Origin: Candidatus Omnitrophota bacterium
GTDB taxonomy: Bacteria; Omnitrophota; Gorgyraeia; B26-G9
Reading direction: 5' to 3'
Length of the DNA: 64,000 bases
Assembly: GCA_043814605.1 (NCBI GenBank)
Contig: JBDRJV010000007.1
Span: 67,354-131,353, forward strand
Position 1 is the stretch's first letter, and every line of letters starts with the position of its first letter. Below, piece by piece: positions 10,298 through 17,223 of the stretch. The translations under genes and the position numbers were made by a program. The notes under the pieces are model-generated. The model ran no database searches. It had not been told where the DNA came from and saw nothing but the letters and a program-made list of their open reading frames with translations.

Positions 10298-10318
10298 TTA
10301 AGAGAAAATATTATAGCC

Positions 10319-10927
10319 ATGAAAAAGTCAAAAACAAAACAAATCGGAGAAATTCTCATTGAAATCGGGCTAATCAGCCAGGAACAATTAGATAAGGCCT
10401 TAGAAGTTCAGTTAAAAGAGGGTGGTCTGCTGGGGCAAATTTTAATTAAACTGGGTTTTGTGACCCAGGAAGAAATGGAAAAAAGTCTTTTTGAACAGAC
10501 AAGCAATGCGCAAAAACTAGAAAATGCTTTAATTGAAGCGAGTATGATTAGTCCGGAGCAATTACAAAAAGCAAAAAAAGTGTTAGCGGAAGAAGGGGGT
10601 TTTTTAATTGAGAAGATTATTCGCCTGGGGTTTTTAGAAGAAGAAGATTTTGTCAGCACTATGGTTACTCAATACGGATTTCCTTATTTACAATTAACAA
10701 ATTATGAGATTGAAGCGGAATTTGTAAAATTAGTGCCCAAGGAAATTGCCAAGAAATATTGCCTGATCCCGATTGATAAAATAGGGAATATCCTTACACT
10801 GGCCATGATTGATCCTCTTAATGCTGCCGCACAGGATGAAATAAGAAAAATTACCGGATTAAATGTAGAAGTTTTTATTTCAACCCTTTCTGATATTAAT
10901 AATGCGATTAATAAATACTACGCTTAA
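10319..10927 (+). CDS. standalone GspE-N-terminal-domain protein with two tandem MshEN-like 24-aa motifs (putative c-di-GMP receptor)
   Basis: Two motifs matching the MshEN pattern: QIGEILIEIGLISQEQLDKALEVQ and LLGQILIKLGFVTQEEMEKSLFEQ. These are followed by a T2SSE_N-like domain (LVPKEIAKKYCLIPIDKIGNILTLAMIDPLNAAAQDEI...). There is no ATPase domain. Confidence 0.6.
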   Translation: MKKSKTKQIGEILIEIGLISQEQLDKALEVQLKEGGLLGQILIKLGFVTQEEMEKSLFEQTSNAQKLENALIEASMISPEQLQKAKKVLAEEGGFLIEKIIRLGFLEEEDFVSTMVTQYGFPYLQLTNYEIEAEFVKLVPKEIAKKYCLIPIDKIGNILTLAMIDPLNAAAQDEIRKITGLNVEVFISTLSDINNAINKYYA

Positions 10928-10951
10928 TTAAATATGATTGAGGCTGTATAA

Positions 10952-12667
10952 ATGATGCAAAGTGTTAAAGACAAAATGCTGGAGGTGTTAACGCGTTCTA
11001 ATTTTTTAACCAAAGAGCAATTGGACGAAGCGATCCTGACACAAAAAAAAACCGGTACGCGTTTGAGTGAAGTTTTAATAACCCTCGGCTATATTTCACA
11101 GCGGGATTTAGTGATTGTATTAAGCCAGAGTTTAAATATCCCCCCGATAAATTTAGCCAAAATGAAGATTAATCCGGAAGTTGTTAAAATTATTCCCCGT
11201 GAGCTTGCCGAAAAATACCAGGCAATAGTAGTTTCTAAAATTGGCAAAATATTAACCATTGCCATGGTTGATCCTTTAAATGTTTTGGCGATTGATGAAT
11301 TAAAAGTATTAACAAACTTTACGCTTAAAATTGTTATTGCTTCAGAAGAGCAGTTAAAAGAAGCGATCAGCAATTATTATAGTGTTACGACGAATGCTCA
11401 GATCCGCGGCATTATTGATGACGTAAAAGATATGGATATTGAAATCATTGAAGACAAACTGGAAAAAGAATTTTCGATCAGTTCGCAGGAATTGTTAAGA
11501 GCGGTAGAAGATGCTCCGGTTGTAAAAATTACAAATTTAATTCTCTCGGAAGCAATAAAACTCAAGGCGAGTGATATTTTAATCGAACCGCAGGAAAAAA
11601 GATTACGGATCCGCTATCGTTTAGATGGTATTTTAAAAGAATTTCCTTCCCCTCCCAAATCAATGCAAGAGGCGATTGTTTCCCGGATTAAGGTTATGTC
11701 TATATTGAACATTGCCGAACATCGCCTGCCGCAGGATGGCCGTTTTAAAATTAAACTGCAAAACCGCGAGGTTGATTTTCGTGTTTCAGTTATGCCGACC
11801 AGCCATGGGGAGAAAGTTGCCTTACGTATTTTAGATAAAACCGTGGTTGTTTTAGATATCGATGCTATGGGATTTGAAGAAGCACCGCTTAAAAAAATAA
11901 AAGAGATTTCTTTAGAACCGCACGGAATGATTCTGATGTGCGGGCCTACCGGCAGTGGTAAGTCAACCACCCTTTACAGTATTCTTAAACATATTGATGA
12001 CCCGGAAAAAAATTTATGCAGTGCGGAAGATCCGGTGGAATATCAATTAAAAGGGATAAACCAGGTAAATGTAAATACAGATGTGGGTTTAACGTTTGCC
12101 GGGTCGCTAAGGTCTTTTTTGCGTCAGGATCCGGATATAATTATGGTCGGGGAAATTCGCGATGTGGAGACTTTAGATATTTCGATTAAAGCAGCCTTAA
12201 CCGGTCATTTAGTTTTGAGTACATTACATACGACTGAGGCAGCGGGTGCCATAACCCGAATGGTAAATATGGGGATAGAACCTTTTTTAATTACATCCTC
12301 ATGCCTTCTGGTATGTGCACAGCGTTTAATTCGAAGAATTTGTCCGGATTGTAAAGAACCCTATCCCATTACCGAAGAGCTGCGGAAAGATTTTAAAATT
12401 CCGGCGAATTACAAAGAACTGTATCGAGGCAAAGGCTGTGCTAAGTGCGAAAAAACGGGATATCGGGGCAGGATTGGTTTATGTGAAGCTTTAGTGTTAA
12501 CCCCGGCAATTCGTGATTTAATTATGGAGCGGGTGCAGGAAAATGTGCTTAAAGCCAAAGCCCGGGAAGAGGGCATGAGCACTTTACGCGAAAACGGAGT
12601 GAAAAAAGCAATAAGAGGCATTACCACAATTGAAGAAGTAACCAGGCTAACTGTGGACGATGATTAA
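10952..12667 (+). CDS. pilB: type IV pilus assembly ATPase PilB/GspE family (paralog 1)
   Basis: 571 aa; N-terminal MshEN-like motif (RLSEVLITLGYISQRDLVIVLSQS) and GspE-N domain; Walker A GPTGSGKSTT; tetracysteine Zn motif CPDCK...CAKCEKTGYRGR. Confidence 0.88.
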   Translation: MMQSVKDKMLEVLTRSNFLTKEQLDEAILTQKKTGTRLSEVLITLGYISQRDLVIVLSQSLNIPPINLAKMKINPEVVKIIPRELAEKYQAIVVSKIGKILTIAMVDPLNVLAIDELKVLTNFTLKIVIASEEQLKEAISNYYSVTTNAQIRGIIDDVKDMDIEIIEDKLEKEFSISSQELLRAVEDAPVVKITNLILSEAIKLKASDILIEPQEKRLRIRYRLDGILKEFPSPPKSMQEAIVSRIKVMSILNIAEHRLPQDGRFKIKLQNREVDFRVSVMPTSHGEKVALRILDKTVVVLDIDAMGFEEAPLKKIKEISLEPHGMILMCGPTGSGKSTTLYSILKHIDDPEKNLCSAEDPVEYQLKGINQVNVNTDVGLTFAGSLRSFLRQDPDIIMVGEIRDVETLDISIKAALTGHLVLSTLHTTEAAGAITRMVNMGIEPFLITSSCLLVCAQRLIRRICPDCKEPYPITEELRKDFKIPANYKELYRGKGCAKCEKTGYRGRIGLCEALVLTPAIRDLIMERVQENVLKAKAREEGMSTLRENGVKKAIRGITTIEEVTRLTVDDD

Positions 12668-12688
12668 AAATCAGGGTCAATTATAAAT

Positions 12689-14410
12689 ATGCGCAGAGCA
12701 AAAAAAAGACTGAATGAACTTTTATTAGATTATAATTTAATTGAAGAAAAGGAAGTTGTCCGGGCTTTAGAATTACAGCGTAAGCGGGGTGTGCCTTTAG
12801 CCACAATTTTAGTCGAGGAAAAATTTGTTAAAGAAGAAGATGTGGTTAGTTGTTTTTGCCGGCATTTAAATATTCCTCCGATTACTTTAGCAAAATTTTA
12901 TGGAGCCGAAAAAATTATTAAATTGATTCCCGAACACATTGCCCGGCATTACCGTTTACTTTGTGTTTCTCAGATGGGGAGAATGTTGACTGTGGCGATG
13001 TGTGATCCTTTAAATGTATTAGCAATTGATGATATCAAAGCTTTAACCGGATACGAGGTAACTCCGGTTGTTGCTGGCTTAGCGGATATGAAATTAGCTT
13101 TAGACAGATTTTATCTGGGAAAAGTTGAAGAAATTAAGCCGGAGCAGTCGTTTGATGAATTAGTAAAAGGTTTAGACAGTGAAGATATTGAGATAGTGAG
13201 TAATCAGTCTCAGATTGATATTGGCGAGGTTATTCGTTCCAGCAGTGAAGCACCGATAGTTAAAATTATTGATGCTTTAATTGCGGAATCTTTAATAAAA
13301 AGGGCTTCGGATATTCACATTGAGCCTTATGAAGATGAAATTCGGGTAAGATACCGCATTGACGGCGCGTTAATGCAAGCGGCAGTATTACCGAAAAAAA
13401 TTCAAAACGCTGTTGCCGCCAGACTTAAGATTATGTCTAATTTAGATATTACCCAAAGATTAGTGCCTCAGGACGGCAGGTTTAAAGTAAGGCTGGAGGA
13501 AAAAGAGGTTGATTTTCGTGTTTCAGTTTTGCCGATAAGTTTTGGGGAAAAGGTTGTTATGCGGGCTTTAGATAAATCGAATTTAAGTATTGGGCTGGAA
13601 GCTTTAGGTTTTCTGCCTCAGGCAATGGAGGCATTTCAATATGCGGTAACCCGGCCTTACGGAATGATTTTAGTGACCGGACCCACAGGTTCGGGTAAGT
13701 CAACAACACTTTACTCTGTTTTAAATAAATTAAACAACCCGGAGCGAAATATTATTACGATTGAAGACCCGGTTGAGTATCAGGTTGAGGGGATTACTCA
13801 GGTTCAGGTTAAACCGGACATCGGGCTTACTTTTGCCACAGGGTTACGTTCAATTTTACGGCAAAATCCGGATATTTTAATGGTAGGAGAAATCCGTGAT
13901 TTTGAAACCGCAGATATTGCGGTTAAGGCAGCTTTAACCGGGGCTTTGCTTTTAAGTACATTGCATACCAATGATGCACCGGGAGCAATAACCCGTCTTA
14001 TTGATATGGGGATTGAACCGTTTCTAATTTCCAGCAGTGTAATTGCGGTTGCTGCGCAGAGATTAGCGCGTAAGGTTTGTGCAGCTTGTAAAGAACCGCT
14101 TGAAATACCGCAAGCAGTATTAGACCGTTTAGGCATAAAACTGGATGCAAAAAAAATAAAAGCGTTTAAAGGCAAAGGTTGTGATAAATGTAGTGGCAGC
14201 GGGTACCGGGGCAGGTTTGCGATTTTAGAAGTTATGATTGTAACCGATGCAGTCCGGGAAATGATTATGAAGCGATGCTCGAGTGATGAAATTAAAAGAT
14301 ATGCCCGGAAAGAATTAGGCATGCTTACATTACGGGATACAGGGATTGAAAATTTTATCAGGGGCCAGACGACACTGGAAGAAGTATTAAGAGTAACATC
14401 GAGTGAATGA
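12689..14410 (+). CDS. pilB: type IV pilus assembly ATPase PilB/GspE family (paralog 2)
   Basis: 573 aa; Walker A GPTGSGKSTT; tetracysteine CAACK...CDKCSGSGYRGR; N-terminal GspE-N domain with a degenerate MshEN motif. Confidence 0.88.
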   Translation: MRRAKKRLNELLLDYNLIEEKEVVRALELQRKRGVPLATILVEEKFVKEEDVVSCFCRHLNIPPITLAKFYGAEKIIKLIPEHIARHYRLLCVSQMGRMLTVAMCDPLNVLAIDDIKALTGYEVTPVVAGLADMKLALDRFYLGKVEEIKPEQSFDELVKGLDSEDIEIVSNQSQIDIGEVIRSSSEAPIVKIIDALIAESLIKRASDIHIEPYEDEIRVRYRIDGALMQAAVLPKKIQNAVAARLKIMSNLDITQRLVPQDGRFKVRLEEKEVDFRVSVLPISFGEKVVMRALDKSNLSIGLEALGFLPQAMEAFQYAVTRPYGMILVTGPTGSGKSTTLYSVLNKLNNPERNIITIEDPVEYQVEGITQVQVKPDIGLTFATGLRSILRQNPDILMVGEIRDFETADIAVKAALTGALLLSTLHTNDAPGAITRLIDMGIEPFLISSSVIAVAAQRLARKVCAACKEPLEIPQAVLDRLGIKLDAKKIKAFKGKGCDKCSGSGYRGRFAILEVMIVTDAVREMIMKRCSSDEIKRYARKELGMLTLRDTGIENFIRGQTTLEEVLRVTSSE

Positions 14411-14498
14411 TTAATTATTAATCTTTATTTTTAATTTTTTTAGAATATAATATAATCATAAAATAAAATTTAAAACATTAATTTATAAGGAGGATTTA

Positions 14499-15704
14499 AT
14501 GCCGCTATTCAAATATGAAGCAAAGGATGAGCAGGGTAATTCGGTAAATGATACAATTGAAGCAAAAGATCAACTGGTTGCTTTGGATATGCTGCGGGTT
14601 AAAAACCTGGTAATTATTTCGATCAGCGAAATTCAAAAGGCAAAGGGAGCAGCTAAAGTCAGCTCAAAAAAAATTAAACCAGATGAACTGGTTATTTTTT
14701 CCCGGCAATTAGCAACGATGGTTAATGCGGGTATTCCGCTGGTGCAAAGTTTGGATATTTTAAGTGAGCAGATGGAAAGTCCTTCTTTTCAGCATGTAGT
14801 TGCTACAGTACGCAGTGATGTGGAAGCAGGTTCTAGTTTATCCGCAGCTTTAGAAAAACACCCCAAGGTTTTTACGATGTTGTACACAAATATGGTAAGG
14901 GCTGGGGAAACAAGCGGTATGTTAGATGAGATTTTAGACCGTTTAGCTGGTTATTTAGAAAAAACCGGCCAGCTGCAAAGAAAAGTTAAATCAGCGATGG
15001 TTTATCCGGCAGTTGTATCATTAATGGCAGTCGCGATTACTCTCGTATTATTATTAAAAGTTATTCCGACTTTTAAAGAAATCTTTTCAACTCTAGGAGG
15101 TACTTTGCCATTGCCCACACAGATTTTAATCGGTATATCCGATACTTTAAGAGCGTATTTTGTTTATGCAGTAGCTCTATTAATTGCTTTTGGTTTTGCG
15201 ATGATTAAACTTGTACAGACTCCCAAAGGTAAAGAAAGATTTGATCAATTGAAGCTGAATTTGCCTGTATTTGGTATTTTATTAAGGAAAGTGGCTGTAG
15301 CCCGGTTTTCGCGGACTCTTTCTACGCTTATTCGGAGCGGCGTGCCGATTTTAGGTGCATTAGAGATTGTAGGAAAAACAGCGGGTAATGTTGTTATTGA
15401 AGCTGCGGTTGAGAGTGCCAGAGTAGGAATCAGGGAAGGTGAAAGCATTTCTGCTCCTTTAGCCAAGAGCAAGGCATTTCCTCCCATGGTAACAAGGATG
15501 ATTTCAGTAGGTGAAGAATCTGGAGAACTGGAAAAAATGCTTTCTAAAATTGCAGATTTTTATGAAGACCAGGTGGATGCTGCAGTGAGCGGGTTAACCA
15601 GCTTAATTGAACCATTAATCATTGCGTTTTTAGGTATAGTTGTGGGTTCGATTGTTATTGCTATGTTTCTGCCTATATTTAAGATTACAGAACTTATTGG
15701 GTAG
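14499..15704 (+). CDS. pilC: type IV pilus inner-membrane platform protein PilC (GspF family)
   Basis: 401 aa; duplicated T2SSF domains with three TM segments; follows pilB. Confidence 0.88.
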   Translation: MPLFKYEAKDEQGNSVNDTIEAKDQLVALDMLRVKNLVIISISEIQKAKGAAKVSSKKIKPDELVIFSRQLATMVNAGIPLVQSLDILSEQMESPSFQHVVATVRSDVEAGSSLSAALEKHPKVFTMLYTNMVRAGETSGMLDEILDRLAGYLEKTGQLQRKVKSAMVYPAVVSLMAVAITLVLLLKVIPTFKEIFSTLGGTLPLPTQILIGISDTLRAYFVYAVALLIAFGFAMIKLVQTPKGKERFDQLKLNLPVFGILLRKVAVARFSRTLSTLIRSGVPILGALEIVGKTAGNVVIEAAVESARVGIREGESISAPLAKSKAFPPMVTRMISVGEESGELEKMLSKIADFYEDQVDAAVSGLTSLIEPLIIAFLGIVVGSIVIAMFLPIFKITELIG

Positions 15705-15757
15705 CATAATATCTTGTGAATTAATAAGTTAAAATTAATAAATATTTTTCAAAAGTC

Positions 15758-15786
15758 TTGACGAAGTTTATTTGTTAATGTATACT
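15758..15786 (+). promoter_or_regulatory. sigma70-like promoter (TTGACG-17 nt-TATACT with TG immediately upstream of the -10)
   Basis: TTGACG 15758-15763, 17-nt spacer, TATACT 15781-15786; ~55 nt upstream of the riboswitch-like element. Confidence 0.55.
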
Positions 15787-15844
15787 TTAAATAGAGGCAA
15801 TATATGCATTTTTCTTATATTAGCCCTTTACAGCTGAAAAAATC

Positions 15845-15975
15845 GAAAAAGGCAAACCTGTTGAAAAACAGGGACTCCCGCCAATGGCGGGATCCTGCTG
15901 CAGTTTAGGCAGGAGCAAAGCCGCGGGTCTAAAGGCGATCCTCATAGACAGCCGGGTTACCGAAGCAAAGGGGAA
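15845..15975 (+). ncRNA. c-di-GMP-I (GEMM)-like riboswitch aptamer candidate in the 5' leader of the minor-pilin operon
   Basis: GEMM hallmark segments occur in the canonical order. GGCAAACC (15851-58) is followed by a 6-bp hairpin capped by a GAAA tetraloop (CCUGUU-GAAA-AACAGG). GCAAAGCC lies at 15915-22. CUAAA ... CCGGGUUACCGAAG lies at ~15929-15965. Two extra small hairpins sit between the first and second conserved blocks. Confidence 0.5.
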
Positions 15976-15984
15976 AACCAATGA

Positions 15985-16026
15985 TAGCCGAGCTACCGAA
16001 AAAAAGGTAGTGCGGCTATTTTTTTT
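15985..16026 (+). terminator. intrinsic terminator / putative riboswitch expression platform
   Basis: Imperfect inverted repeat TAGCCGAGCTACC ... GGTAGTGCGGCTA followed by a T8 tract that ends 14 nt before the pilin ATG. Confidence 0.55.
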
Positions 16027-16040
16027 ATGGGGTGAATTAA

Positions 16041-16502
16041 ATGAAAAATAAAAGCGGTTTTACTTTAATTGAGATTTTAGTTTCAGTAGGTATTTTGGCT
16101 ATAGCCTTAACCTCAACCCTACAAATCCTGAAATTTTTAAATGATCTGACTGAGCAAAATAATATTTCTGTAATTTGCACAAATCATAGCGAAGGGATTA
16201 TCAGCGCAATAAGAAACCTAAATTTTGATGATGTTATTTCAGCCTATGATGGCCGGACATTCACAATCCCGGAATTAACAGCTTTAAATATTAATCACAG
16301 CGGATTGATCAGGGCAAATGAAATCGAAGCAAATTTTTTGATCCGGGTTAAAGTTGTTGTCTGCTATCAGCAGAAAAACCGTTTTTTTGGTGAGGATATT
16401 AATTTTAATAATCTTTTAGATAGCGGTGAAGACCTGAATAATAACGGAGAAATAGATTCACCCTGTACTTTTGAAACTGTGATTGTAGATACGGAAAGAT
16501 AA
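16041..16502 (+). CDS. type IV minor pilin / pseudopilin (PilV/FimT-like) with prepilin N-terminal methylation motif
   Basis: N-terminus KSGFTLIEILVSVGILAIAL, i.e. a G|FTLIE prepilin peptidase site plus hydrophobic helix; 153 aa. Confidence 0.8.
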   Translation: MKNKSGFTLIEILVSVGILAIALTSTLQILKFLNDLTEQNNISVICTNHSEGIISAIRNLNFDDVISAYDGRTFTIPELTALNINHSGLIRANEIEANFLIRVKVVVCYQQKNRFFGEDINFNNLLDSGEDLNNNGEIDSPCTFETVIVDTER

Positions 16503-16508
16503 TCAAAA

Positions 16509-17198
16509 ATGAGGCATAAAATGAAATTAATCCCTAAAATAAAATTTAATAAGCAGGGTTTTACAATAATGGAAGCAATCATTTCTTCGAGTATTTTTGC
16601 CGTTGTTATCGGCTCGTTATTTGCAATGCTGATTATTCAAAATAATTTTTTTCAAACTGTAAATGCCAGGACAGACATGTCGCAGACAGCCCGCAAGGTG
16701 ATGAATAATATGGTTAAAGAATTGCGCATTTCTAAAATTGAATCTGTTGATCTTTATGCTCGTCCCCTGCACATCAGCGGAACTGAGGATACTATTAATG
16801 CCACAAGTATTTGTTTTCAAATACCGGTTGATTCTAATCCCGGAGACGGAAATTATAATTTTTTTGATGAATTCGGCCGGGTTGTATGGGGTGCGGATAA
16901 TGTGGATGGTTATAAAATCGAGTATTATTGGGATCAAGAAAATCAGCGGATTTTAAGACGGGTTTGGGATGCATCAGATACCGCTGTTTATGAGAATGTA
17001 ATTGCCGAGAATATTACCGGGTTTCGTATGCAGGGATTTAGCTGGAATTCAGGGGCGCAAACCTATGAATCTAAATCAGGCGGGCCATGCGATGTAGTGG
17101 AAATCACAGTAACTGCGGAAAAAACAAATTTAGGCGGCCGCACTCTGGAAATGCCTATTGTCTATACATTAAAAAACCAGGTTACCTGGCGCAATTAA
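16509..17198 (+). CDS. type IV minor pilin (PilW-like) with prepilin N-terminal domain
   Basis: KQGFTIMEAIISSSIFAVVIG (G|FT.ME class III signal); 229 aa. Confidence 0.75.
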   Translation: MRHKMKLIPKIKFNKQGFTIMEAIISSSIFAVVIGSLFAMLIIQNNFFQTVNARTDMSQTARKVMNNMVKELRISKIESVDLYARPLHISGTEDTINATSICFQIPVDSNPGDGNYNFFDEFGRVVWGADNVDGYKIEYYWDQENQRILRRVWDASDTAVYENVIAENITGFRMQGFSWNSGAQTYESKSGGPCDVVEITVTAEKTNLGGRTLEMPIVYTLKNQVTWRN

Positions 17199-17223
17199 AC
17201 TTTATAAATATAAAGGAGGCGTA

